64,000 bases of DNA, from assembly GCF_006345805.1 (NCBI RefSeq), contig NC_043001.1, positions 82,274,001-82,338,000 of the forward strand. The letters run 5' to 3'. A model generated the notes under the pieces. The model did no database searches. It worked only from the letters and a program-made list of their open reading frames with translations, and was not told the origin of the DNA. Position numbers and translations under genes: made by a program. The stretch is from Octopus sinensis (lineage: Eukaryota). Shown one piece after another: positions 11,782-23,879 of the stretch (within the stretch, counting starts at the first letter, position 1; the number at the start of each line of letters is the position of its first letter).

Positions 11782-12289
11782 GATCACGCAATGAGTGTTC
11801 CATGATTCCAAACGACTAATTGTAATGTCTGTTTGATTCCCTTCGTCGTTCATGAGAAATCTATAGGATTACATCTTCTTGGTTTCAAAACTCAAGAACT
11901 ATCATTAAATACTTTGTAAATACATAGAAACATTACTCAGCAATGCTATGTATTGAATCCTTTTTACGTGAATAGATGTCTTACTCTCTGTTTTGATATA
12001 ATCTCACATACATACATACATACATAGATACATACATACATACATACATACATGGCGGCTGTCAACTCGTAAACTAGTATAACCATCATTGACAAGTTTT
12101 CTTATACACGATATTAAAGACAAGGGCTATCAGCAATGCAGGTGCTGAAATGTTAAGTCGACAAGAGCTTGCATGACGCTGCTAAGGTTCTCACCTAAAA
12201 AGCGAAGTAGTCCAGGAAGAAGCAAGTGCAAGATTTCTGGCTTCGCAATGAGACGGGTATTATTTTGGAATTCTCGTCTCCTAGAGAAG

Positions 12290-12465
12290 AATCTAAAATA
12301 AAATAAGGGTCTCGAGCATTTGGTTGTTGGATGGTTGTCGACTTGACTGAGTTCATCTGTACTTTGACAGGTTTTCGTTTTGCAAAGTGTCCAACGAAAA
12401 TCACCATGCTTACGAAACAGGCTTGGTAGGGTTGCCGGTTTAGTCACCAACGGCCCAACCATGTC
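12290..12465 (-). mobile_element. Diverged copy of the repeat at 61723-62165 (probable RTE LINE 5' UTR)
   Basis: CATGGT.GGG.CGT.GG.GACTAAACCGGCAACCC.ACCAAGC shared between the two loci; the RTE assignment is from recall. Confidence 0.5.
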
Positions 12466-12639
12466 ATACTGGGTTACGCGTTACCAGTAGTACTAAGAGT
12501 GACCTGACATAACATATACACGATGGGTGTCCGATTGTTAGACAAGTATGATCATTACTGACAAGTTAGCTTGTTTCTGGCTTTGTATTCTGGGGATTTT
12601 AACTTCTTTTTCTTTTCTTATTTTCAGTGACATTTTGAA

Positions 12640-13500
12640 TTGAAGCGACCCTTGGACCTACAGTGACCTTTGAACCTTATAAAACCAGCAAATGACTCGC
12701 ATTTTAAGTTGCGGATGTAACATTCCTTTTCATGAGTTGCAGTCCAAGCTCTCATTCTGTTCAGTACCATGATTGTTTACATTCATGTGTCTGGTGAGTT
12801 CCGATCGCTTGGAAAATTCCCCCACCACATAGATTGCATAATGGATTAACTTACAGAAATTGTTTGTATTCAATCTTAGGCCTTTCATTGTGATTGTGTA
12901 GAGGACTTTTGAGGCCAGCTCTAGAGAGGCAAACTCGTTTGCATTCATCGCGCTCATACCGTGGAATTGTTGGACAATCAGGTTCCCTTTTCCAAGCTGC
13001 TTGCTTTATGTTAAACCATTCAAATGTCGATTCTTTTTTTTTCTCGCCCTTTTCAAGCCTAGCCAGGCTAATGGGCCCGGTTTCCCGGTTTCTATGGCGT
13101 ATGTTTTTTCCTCAGCTGGACGGGATGCCAGTCCATCGCAGCGTTACTCAAGAAACAGGATGAAAGTGAGAGAAAGTTGGAGCGAGAGAGTACAACAGGG
13201 GTCGCCACCCCCCCCCCTGCCGGAGCCTCATGGAGCTTTATGTGTTTTCGCTCAATAAACACACACAACGCCCGGTCCGGGAATCGAAACCGCAATCCTC
13301 CGACCGCGAGTCCGCTGCCTTAACCACTGGGCCATTGCACCTCCACCAAATGTCGATTACCGAAACCATTTGATGCCACTGGTTATATTTGTTCGCCAGT
13401 TATTCTGTTTAGCACAGAAGACTCCCAGTCGTTTGTTTCAATCTTGCATTGAGACAGAAAATCCTTCATACAATCCTTAAATCGCAGTTTTAGCTCATCC
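12640..13500 (-). mobile_element. RTE LINE 3' fragment interrupted by a SINE
   Basis: ELKLRFKDCMKDFL...DWESSVLNR, then KREPDCPTIPRYERDECKRVCLSRAGLKSPLHNH and a second finger-like ...FSKRSELTRHMNVNNH. Confidence 0.75.
13033..13346 (-). mobile_element. SINE family B head with an alternative 3' half
   Basis: Same head as the 9797 copy; 12-bp TSD CAAATGTCGATT at 13021-13032 and 13347-13358. Confidence 0.85.
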
Positions 13501-14084
13501 ATGCATAGACACAAACGCACATACACAGGCCCACGCACACAGACGCACTCACATCCACACGCGTATGATTTGTGCATAAATAGAAACAATTCTCAGTTTT
13601 GCCATGTATTGAGTCCTTTGTATTCCCTACATTTCACTAATCACACACATACTCACACACACACAAACACATATACACACGAATACGCACGCACATATAT
13701 ACTCACATGCATGCATACATATATACTTACACACATACTCACACACACACACACACAAACACATATACACACGCATACGCACGCACATATATACTCCCAT
13801 GCATGCATACATATATACTTACACACATACGGACTCATACGCACATACATAAACACGCGCGCACATGCATACAAACATACACTCGTACACATACGTATGC
13901 TTCCATGCATGTGTACTTTATACTTATACACACACGCACGCACACACACATACACGTACACGTGCGCATGCATATGTTCGTCTGTATGCGTGTCTGTGAG
14001 TGTGTTTTTTTTTTCACCTCTAATCAAGTAGTTTTGTTTGAATAGCTTTTGATTCTATGCCCATTTTTCCTTATCTTTACTCTG

Positions 14085-14139
14085 CATCATCCGCATCAAC
14101 ATCATCATCATCATCATCATCATCACTACCACCATCACC

Positions 14140-14173
<34 letters not shown>

Positions 14174-14174
14174 A

Positions 14175-14205
<31 letters not shown>

Positions 14206-14206
14206 G

Positions 14207-14255
<49 letters not shown>

Positions 14256-14345
14256 CAGCAGCAGCAGCAACAGCAGTAACAACAACAACAACAACAATAT
14301 AAGCAAGACGAAGAAAAACGGAGTAACAGCAACTGCAACAACAAT
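14085..14345. repeat. Compound trinucleotide microsatellite (CAT/CAC/CAG/TAG/CAA)
   Basis: Direct inspection. Confidence 0.95.
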
Positions 14346-14439
14346 AGCAAATAAATCCTCACAGATACATACGATAGTAGTAACATTTAATATGCAAACT
14401 ACAGAAATATTGAATTTGAAATGATTTCTTTTCTTCCTA

Positions 14440-14470
<31 letters not shown>

Positions 14471-14540
14471 CATACATACATACATGCATGCATATAAACC
14501 GGCAGACACACATACACACACACACACCACACACTCACAC

Positions 14541-14600
<60 letters not shown>

Positions 14601-15289
14601 CATTCCCTTTTTCGTTTTTAGCAACTACTGCAAAACCGCAACCACCACCATCACAACAACCGCAATAACATTAACAGCTATTTGCAACAAAAGCACTATT
14701 GCTGTTTGATATGTTGTTGCTACAGTTTCGCTCGGTTCTTCTTTTCTTTTCTGATATGCGGTTTTCTGATCTCTAATGTGGCGTATGTTAACCTTAGGAC
14801 TTCTAATTTAAAACATTTGTTTATTTGTTTGGTTGTTTGTTAGTTTTCTAGCAGGGGAAGGCGTGTTTTAAGTCAGATTAATCTGGTTGAGCTACAACAA
14901 AGAAACTTTGCCCAGAAGCCTTGAAGAGCAAAGGCTTCATATTCAAAGACAAAAATCAACAGTTTTTACGTGATGAAGGGAGCTGGTCGATACCATTGAT
15001 CCTAGTACTTTACTGGTACTTTATTTTTATCGTCCCAGGGATGATGAAAACCCAGTGAAGCCAAAGTTATTCTCACCAAGTCTCCAGAGAGTAACAACAA
15101 CAATGTCAGAAACAATTGCAACAGTAGCAACAAAACAGAGCTCGGTCTACAAGAAAGAGTAGGCAATTCTCCCTCAAGTTGTAACCTATTATATATATGA
15201 GAGTATGTCGTGCGCGCGCGTGTATATATATATATTTCTTTATTGACCACAGGGGGCTAAACATAGAGAGAACAAACAAGTACAGGCAA

Positions 15290-15463
15290 AGGGATTAAGT
15301 CGATTACATCGACCCCATTGCGTAACTGGTACTTATTTAATCGACCCCGAAAGGATGAAAGGCAAAGCTGACCTCGGCGGAATTTGAACTCAGAACGTAA
15401 CGGCAGACAAAATGCCGCGAAGCATTTCGCACGGCGTGCTAACGATATTGTCAGCTCGCCGCC
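15290..15463 (-). mobile_element. SINE family D
   Basis: Reverse complement starts GGCGGCGAGCTG..AATATCGTTAGCACGCCG with B-box GAGTTCAAATTCC. Confidence 0.8.
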
Positions 15464-15522
15464 CTTATACACACACATACACACTAATACACAGACATAC
15501 ACACACACACCACACACACACA

Positions 15523-15578
<56 letters not shown>

Positions 15579-15860
15579 ATATATATATGGAAAGAGAGAG
15601 AGAGAGAGAGAGAGAGAGTTATTAATGAGGGTTTATCAATCCAGTTAAAATACTCTATAACTTCTGTTAATACAAATACACCAGACTAACAAATATATTT
15701 TAGATTAGTAAAGGATTCTGTGTATGCTTGCGGCAAGGTCTGGGGTTATAGTCCATCACCATTCAATATTGTAAATCCATGGATGCACTCTCAGTTATAC
15801 AGGTCTTCTACACAAAGTGATAAACAAAACAAAGTATAAATTACAGTCAGTACATATTCC

Positions 15861-16087
15861 TTTATTGTAAGAAATTCGACTTACAGGTGTTTCCGATAAT
15901 CGTTACAGGCTCATTCAACGATCGGTTTACTCAATCGCCTGAGAACAACTGATCGACCTTGAAGTACTAATGATATTCTCATCCGAGGCATAGTATTCTG
16001 ATCAATGGACAGATTGAGTAAACCGATCAATAAGTAAACCTATAAAAATTATCGGAAACAGCTGTAAGTCGAATTTACTATAATAAA
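15861..16087. mobile_element. Foldback/MITE with ~75-bp inverted arms
   Basis: AAATTCGACTTACAG.TGTTTCCGATAAT...GATCGGTTTACTCAATC and its reverse complement; TSD unclear. Confidence 0.75.
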
Positions 16088-16612
16088 ATAACATGTAATG
16101 ACCATTATTTATATCTCATTTTATACATATAATATATATAATAATGCCACACAAGGGAGAGGTGGAGGGTGTTTTTCTTTCCTTCGGTGAAAGGATCAGT
16201 TATCCAAAACAATTTTATTTTTAAACTTTTGTCTCCTTTCACCAATAATGTGTCCTTTTCTGGTAAATCTTTACTATTAAGCCTGTTCCACGAAACAGGT
16301 GTGATAGCCAAGATAAAATGCAAAATCCTTACGTTATGGCATTACATTAACATTTAGGATCTAAATTACGACTTTATTCCGAATGGAGATGGGCAATCCC
16401 ACTTAAGGGTATGTGGAGCCTAAGAGAGCATGAGCATATGTTTTTCCAGGAAAGTGACAATATTCAATATGGCTCTCATTTAAGTTGACGGTCTGATATG
16501 AATATATTTGCTGTTATTTGCTTTCAGAAAAATAGAACTGCAATTTTGTTCATGATTATTTGATCTGTATAAGGTAATCGGTTTATCATGTCACGTGCAC
16601 CACTACCACCGC

Positions 16613-16614
<2 letters not shown>

Positions 16615-16648
<34 letters not shown>

Positions 16649-16850
16649 TTAACGTCCGTCTTCTACTCTGATATGGATTGAACGGTTCGGCAGAGACCCA
16701 ATGAGTTACAGTATTAATCGTGCTCCTGTCTGCTTTGATTTGGTTTCTCCTGCTGGATACTCCATCTAACGTTAACCACTTTACAAAAAGTACTGAGTGC
16801 ACTTTTTGTGGCACCAGCATTAGTGAGGTAGCCATGTAACTAGGACAAGA
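16615..16850 (-). mobile_element. Decayed RTE-like 3' tail ending in (GAT)n
   Basis: (CAT)n followed by TTTAACGTCCG...; the family assignment is from recall. Confidence 0.45.
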
Positions 16851-16985
16851 CTAAGAAACCCCTCCTCGATTGGGTGGAAAAGTATTAAAGAGCGGTAGAT
16901 TTCAGCTGGTTATTAAGAAGGAGGATCAGGTGTTTTTTTTAATATTTTGCTTGTAGACGAAATACATGGCTAATTTGAATTATAT

Positions 16986-17199
16986 CTTTACTCTTTACTC
17001 TTTTACTTGTTTCAGTCATTTGACTGCAGCCATGCTGGAACACCGCTTTAGTCGAGCAAATCGACCCCAGGACTTATTCTTTGTAAGCCTAGTACTTATT
17101 CTATCGGTCTCTTTTGTCGAACCGCTAAGTTACGGGGACGTAAACACACCAGCATCGGTTATCCAGCGATGTTGATGGGACAAACACACACACACACAT

Positions 17200-17266
<67 letters not shown>

Positions 17267-17428
17267 TACGACTGGCTTCTTTCAGTTTCCGTCTATCAAA
17301 TCTACTCACAAAGCTTTGGTCGGCCCGAGGCTATAGTAGAAGATACGTGCCCAAGGTGCCACGCAGTGAGAATGAACCCATGTGGTTGGTAAGCAAGCTA
17401 CTTACCACACAGCCACTCACGCGCCCTT
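16986..17428 (-). mobile_element. SINE family A, full length
   Basis: Head, internal microsatellite, body and (AAAAGAGT)n tail all present. Confidence 0.9.
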
Positions 17429-18454
17429 ATCCTAAATTTATCGTAATTATTTAATGCATAACACTGTAAAAACGAAAGGAAAACTACAAAACAAAAGTAA
17501 ATATAACGTTATATATAAGTTTGAAATGGCTATACTGACTGTCACAACGGAATTCTTTGAGTTTCAGCACTATCTCAGATCTAATTCCTTGCCAAATTAG
17601 TACAAATCCAAAATGTGACCATTTTACAAATTGTTCAACGGATCAAGTTTATATTTCATTGCATTTTATGTTGCTGCAATACGTCTAGTTAGCTTAATTT
17701 TTCTCTATTTCATCTTATTTCTTTCTACATTATTCGTTTTCCTATTTCCTATAGAAATTTAATATATCAAAAGAAGCCTCATTCTGAATAGCGCCTTCAA
17801 TGTACAAAGCACAAATGTCTCGAGCGGCTTTGACAGCTTTTGAACTTTGATTGAAAGTAAAGAGAGTCAGGTGTCAGAAATAGTAATTTTCTTTTTCTTT
17901 TACTTGACATGCTATCGTAATATGTCTGAAAAGCTGTAAAATTTATTCAATTTCAACAACGGTAAACAAAAGTTATAGAAGAAGAATAGATCCCCCCCCC
18001 CAAAAAAAAACTCTTGGATAGAATATTTTCCGTGTTTAATTCAAATAACACTGGGTGGGAGGAACGAACGAATTTATCTGACAGCCCAATAGTGTAATTG
18101 GGAATAGGATCGTTAAATTAGAAGGTAGAGGTGGGGGTTGAAAATTGATGCATGCATTTTGGAACACAACACCGAACCACAGAAATAGTGAATGGACACG
18201 TAAAAACATTTTTGTGTTACACATTCAGTATTTCCCTTATCCTTTAGTGAAACCCGCAGTTAGTGATCCATTTTTTTCTAACAATGGCCCTATCTTGTAC
18301 CGTATTGAAGCAGGGTCTTTTGCGTAACTAAAGACGTCTATATAACTAAAGACATCTGTACATTTTTTACACAGGCCTGGCGTCTTTTTCGGCATCTCTT
18401 CTTTTCAAAGGAATATCTAATTCCACTTAATTTTTAAGCTGTGTGTGTTTAATA

Positions 18455-19719
18455 TAAGGTGGACTGAAAAGTTCTTGGGCTGACTATAAAGGAGTGATGC
18501 TAGAGCAGTGAAATCTTGCATGCATTAACTTCAGCCTTCTTATTAATAACTGCATTGTTTATTTCCAGGTAAAAACTGACATCTGGCTGTTCAAAAAAGA
18601 CTTCAAATGTAACTAGTAGCGACTTCTCTTGAAAATGGACAAAAATTGGCATAATGGTCTTATCAAATACCCGAGAAAACGTTTAGTCCTCAAGGACATT
18701 CGTACCTACATGCTTGCTGCATTAGGAGATGGCGCTCCAGCTTTATCAACTTTGGCACTCAAAGTGGGAAGCCGAATTTAAGAGTAAAAGGTAGTGTGAC
18801 GAAGATGACCTAACGTCTGGACATCCTACCACTGTCACCACCGCGGAAAATATTGATCGTGTTCACCACATGCTGATGGATTACAGGTGATTAACAATAA
18901 ATCACATAGTCAGAGTCAGTGCTATTCGCATATCCTGTGACAGAGTTAGGAATATTCTGCATAACGAAGCTGGCATGACGAAGATCTCTGTTCGCAGGCT
19001 GCCACGTTTTCTGACACCTGATCAAAAGCACACCAGGCAGATTACATCATGAGCAAGTCTGACATTGTTGGTGTCAAATCCAGCTGGTGTCCTTGAACGT
19101 TTCCAAAGCCAGGATGAGACAGAGACAAAGAGACTATCCATACAGTGGAAACACCCTTCTGCTCCAAAGAAGACCAATGTCGTGTCATCATCTGCTGGGA
19201 AAGTGACGGCGTCAGTCCTTTAGGATGCATTAGGTATTGTGTTTATTGACTATCTTTGAAAGGGTCACGCCATCAATGAAGAGTACTATGCCAACTTGCT
19301 GAGGCAGTTACGAAAGGCTATAAAGACCAAAAGGATAGAAAAACCCTTGAAAGGGGTCTTGTTTCATCAGAACAATGCTCCAACACACAAGTCTTTGCTT
19401 TTAATGGCTGCTGCACGTGACAGTGGCTTTGAACTGGTTGATCACATGGGGGAACAGATGATTGTCAGTTGGGGACTAGATCAGGAAAATAGGCTGGGAA
19501 CTAGAATCACAGCGATAACGACTCATATCTGCTGATGGTGACTTTTTTGATTAACAGGGTGAAATCTTCTTCACCAGTGAGAACTAAGAACCACTGCAAC
19601 AGTGATGGAAGAAGTGTGTGGACCGCAATAGGAATAATGTTGAAAAGTAAACCTCATTTGGTGACATTTCATGAGAGTACCTTGGTCGGTTTACGAGCTT
19701 TTCATCAGACCCACGCGTG
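18455..19719 (+). mobile_element. Full-length decayed mariner transposon
   Basis: Broken ORF from ATG 18635 to TAA 19650: MDK..., GHPTTVTTAENIDRVHHM, GKVTASV, EYYANLLRQLRKAIKTKR...GVLFHQNNAPTHKS...GFELVDH; degenerate TIRs; many stops and frameshifts. Confidence 0.88.
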
Positions 19720-19732
19720 TTTGTGCATATAT

Positions 19733-19929
19733 ATAGGAGTGACTGTGTGGTAAGTAGCTTGCTTACCAATCACATGGTTCCGCGTTCATTCCCACTGCGT
19801 GGCACCTTGGGCAAGTGTCTTCTACTATAGCCTCGGGCCAACCAAAGCCTTGTGAGTGGATTTGGCAGACGGAAACTGAAAGAAGCCCGTTGTATATATA
19901 TATATGTATATATTATATATATATATATA
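19733..19929 (+). mobile_element. SINE family A, 5' half (split by the LINE insertion)
   Basis: Head and body end in (TA)n, where the LINE tail begins; the SINE continues at 24756. Confidence 0.85.
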
Positions 19930-20015
19930 TTGATTGATTGATTGATTCTAGTTTCAGTTTATGAGCTGTGGCCATGCTGGGGCACCGCCATTTGGTGTTG
20001 CTACTTGGTTTCACT

Positions 20016-22969
20016 TCATGGAGGCTTTCTAGCAACTGCTATTTGGTGCATGAGAGAGTTCGATGCAGCTGCCCTCATCTGCCCCTCCTGCCGTGAAGTT
20101 GGTTCATCTGGGACACCTGACAGGAAGAGATCCAGCTTCATTTTAAAGACATCTGTATCCACCCCATGCAGGTCTCTCAGGTTCTTCGGGAGGATATTGA
20201 AGAGCTGTGGGCCTCGGAACCCAGGCTATCACAGAATCTTGTCCTACATCTTGATGGCAGGTTTGGAGTCCTAGGCACCACGCAGTGGCGCCCTTTCTGG
20301 CATTTGCGTAACTCTCGATGCCAAAGTTCAGGACACTTCCCTCCAGGATCTTCCAGATGTATATTATGGCATATCTTTCCCGCCTACGCTCCAGAGAATA
20401 TAATTTTAATCTCTTGAGTCTTTCCCAGTAGCTTACATTCTGCATAGAGGCTATCTTCTTTGTGTAACTTCGTTGGATCGCCTCAAGTTCTGTGATCAAC
20501 TTGACACTGGATGGTGACCATAGCTGAGTGTCTTCCAGAGGACCATCATGGTTTTTTGTTCTCTTGTTCTAAAGGTTCTAAGAATCCATCCAGCCAGCCG
20601 TCTACATTTCATTGTCAGTTTAGCAACATGTACATGAAAGGTCGCGTCATCACTCATGTGAATACCCAGGTCACGCACTGATTGTGCCTCTGGGATTGCA
20701 ATCCCTCCGGGTCCGGTGTATTCATTGGGTATTGCATTCAGTTTTGCATGCTGATAGTATAAAGCTTGAAACTTTCCAGCATTGAACTGCATGCTATTCT
20801 TTTCAGCCCACTTGTATATTTCGTCCAGCTCACATTGCAGGTGTTTAGTGTCCTCAGGGTTCTGTATTGCCTGTGAAACTTTTGTATCATCTGCATAACT
20901 TGTGATCGTGGCTCTCTGCGTGGCTGAGGGCATGTCTGAGAGGGCCATTATGAACAGTAGTGGTCCCAGAACAGTGCCCTGCGGAACACCGCTCACTATT
21001 TGTGTGTTAATGGAGGTGGCCTCATTGGATACTACCACCTGACTTCTATCCTTCAGAAAGTCATGAAGCCATTCTCCCAGTTTTCCAACTATGTTGAGAT
21101 CACGCAGTTGTGACATATCATTCCATGATCGACTTTATCAAAGGCCTTGCAAAGTCGAGATATATCACTTCCACATTTGAGTGGTTGAGCACCGTTTCAG
21201 CACCCAGTCATAGTGTTGTAGGCTGAGTTAAACAGCTTCTCCTGGTCGGAAACCATGTTGGGTGTCGGGCAGCAAGTCATTCTCTTCAAGGAAGGTGATC
21301 AGCTTCCTTCTGACTATTCGTTCCATGACCTTGCTGATGTGTGAGGTCAGAGAGATAGGTCTATAGTTCTTGGCTTCCGCTCTGCTACCTCCTTTATGAA
21401 TGGGGCATATTTTACCTTCCTTCAGTTTTCCTGGAAGTTTGCCAGCTGCAAGGAAGCTCTGAAAGAGGAACTGCAGTGGTCTGCTAGACTCTCTTACATG
21501 CTTTTAGGAGGATTGCCGGGAATCCATCGGGGCCAGTAGCTGAGTCTGTTTTCATTTCATCTATAGCCTTGGTTACATCGTCTTCTTTATATCGATGTAA
21601 TCTATCGTCGCCGCCTCTGATTTTATATCTGCAGTGGTAAAAAGTCAGTTGGATTGGTGATTTGGAGATGCCCAAGGGGTGGAGTGAAAACACTCTTGAA
21701 TTGCTCATTCAGTATTTCACTTACCCTCATGGTTTCCTGTAAGTGTGCCATCCTTTTCGAGGAGTGGCCCTATTCTACAGTGCACTGTAGCTGTTTCTTT
21801 GGCATACCTGTAGAAAGCTCTGGGGTTAGATTTTATGTTTTTTATAGCCCAGGCTTCTTTGTCTGCTCTTTCTTTTCCATGGGAGAGTTGCAGACATTTT
21901 TCGATTTCCAACAGTTTTATTTTTAGGCGGGACTTTTCACTGCTTTCAATCTGTTTGTTTAGGCGATTTGAAAATTTCGTACGCCGTCTCATTAAAATTT
22001 TCCTCTCTCTGGGGATTTTGTTCTTGTGTACAGTGGCCTTTCTCTCTGGGACACATTTGTAGCATATGGCTTGCATTACAGACATGAATTGTTGAAGTTT
22101 CACGTCGATGTCTGGCGAGGAGAGACATTTAGGCCAGTTTTGTTTGAGGATCTCTTTCTCAATTTGTTTCCAGTTTGCCTTATAGTAGTTCAAGCTGGAA
22201 AGATTTTGAGGGTTTCTTGTAGGCTGCATGTCCGTGCTCTCTTTTGGCCCGTACATGGTCAGCTCTATCATGTTGTGATCCGAGAGTAGTGTCGGTGTCA
22301 CTTTCACATTATGGATGAGATCCATGTCATTTGTGAAGCAGAGATCCAGTGTGTTACCTGCCCTGGTTGGTTGGAGTATTACCTGCTCCATGTACAGGGT
22401 GTTGATGAGGTTCAGGAGGGACCTCGCCTGTCCTCGTTCACATCTTGTCATTCCTGGGAGAGAAAGGCCCTCGGGCCATCTGACATTGGGCAGATTGAAG
22501 TCTCCCATAAGAAGCACACCTATGTGTTGTTCTAATGTGGTTAGAATTTCTTCTATTTTTATAAGGCAGTCTTCAAACTTGCCCACATGGCTTGGGGCAT
22601 CTGGAGGGCGATATGTAGCACACACAACTACATCAAGTTGCCTAATATGTACAATTAGTGTGTCACACACCGAGTTTGAGTATGACAAGAGGACCTGGGG
22701 TGTGAGGTCCTCACGGATGTACATAGCAACACCTCCATGACTCCTTTCTTTCCTGTCGGTCCGTAGTACAGCATACTGTGGTATGTGTAACTCCGCATCT
22801 GCTATGTCCGGTTTCAGGTGCGTTTCTGTAAGTGCTATGCATAAGGCTTGATTGCATGCACAAAGTCTCTCAGGAACGGGATCTTTGTCCTGTTACTGAG
22901 TGTTTGCAGTCCTCTGATGTTCAGTTGGAGTATCGAGGTGAGGTGTACGTTGTTGCCGGCGGTGTCCAT
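20016..22969 (-). pseudogene. LINE ORF2 (APE endonuclease plus reverse transcriptase), disrupted
   Basis: LQLNIRGL, ALTETHL, GGVAMYIR, YRPP, GDFNLP, NTLDLCFTN, SDHNMI; RT SGVPQGTVLGPLLF, SYADDTK, FNAGKF; YWERLKRLKLYSLERRRERY; several frameshifts. Confidence 0.9.
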
Positions 22970-23827
22970 CCTGTGTCTGTTTGCTGTGGTGGTCTGGTAT
23001 ATAGTGGGTAGTCCCACCTGCGGGCTTGGGTTTGATGAAGCCAGGTCAGCTGCTGTACAATCTTTTGTGCCATGCACAAAAAAGATTGTTGCTCAGCAGC
23101 TGCTCTTTCGACAACATCATGTTGGCTGTTTGTGGCGCGCACAACATCTGCGTACCTCCGCTTTGGGGCAGGTGGTGCGTGGTCCATCCCTTTTCTTTGT
23201 GTTGATGGTTTGTCCATCTGCCTCGTGTCTCTGTGGCAGGGTCCCCGATGTGCAAAGCGGCAGCCTGCACCTTCCTTTCCATGCCAGCAGGACCTCTCAG
23301 GTAGAACATACACACCCGTGTGCGCTGTTTGGTTCCATCCTTTGCGGTTCCACTTCTATTCTGGTTGTTTCACTCTTTGGTCCTGCTTGAGCTTTTTCTT
23401 TTCCTTTAGCTCTTCCAGTCCTTCTTTTAGTTCTTCTTCCTCCCTCTACCTCTTCACCGGTTCTCCGTCTCCATGGCCCTTGCTGCCGGTTGGAGAACTT
23501 GCACCTGGGTTCACTTCCCGGCAGGTTTCTCATTCAAAACCTCCTCCCGGGCGTCCACCAGGTGGGGGTGACTTCTTTCATCGTCTCCATTCTTGCCATC
23601 TTTGCTCCGCTCGTTCTCAAAGATGGCATCAAGTGCGCCAATGTGGACCGTACAAGCGCATATGAGCGCACGAATTCCTGTCTCTTTCGCTCCATCTGAG
23701 CCGCTGTCCTCTTGTAGCCTCTGCTCTTCAGCGCAGCCGCAATCACCTCCCTAGGGCTATCTCCGCCGGCGCACTCCCATGCTCGTACGAATAAATCCAG
23801 CTCGTCACGTCTCCATGCTCTGGACAT
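22921..23827 (-). pseudogene. LINE ORF1: Myb/SANT-trihelix-like N-terminus, charged region, CCCH-type finger; disrupted
   Basis: MSRAWRRDELDLFVRAWEC...REVIAAALKSRGYKRTAAQMERKRQEF...(shift)GALDAIF; later VCMFYLRG/(shift)CWHGKEGAGCRFAH; the stop overlaps the ORF2 start. Confidence 0.65.
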
Positions 23828-23879
23828 GCTGGATAATCCGTCTATCCGTTTATCTATCTAATATGTTCGAGAGAAGACA

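Noticed and set aside
12730-12957. Protein-like ORF MSAMNANEFASLELASK...
   Set aside because: An overlapping frame gives the RTE ORF2 C-terminal finger, so it is TE-derived rather than a host exon.
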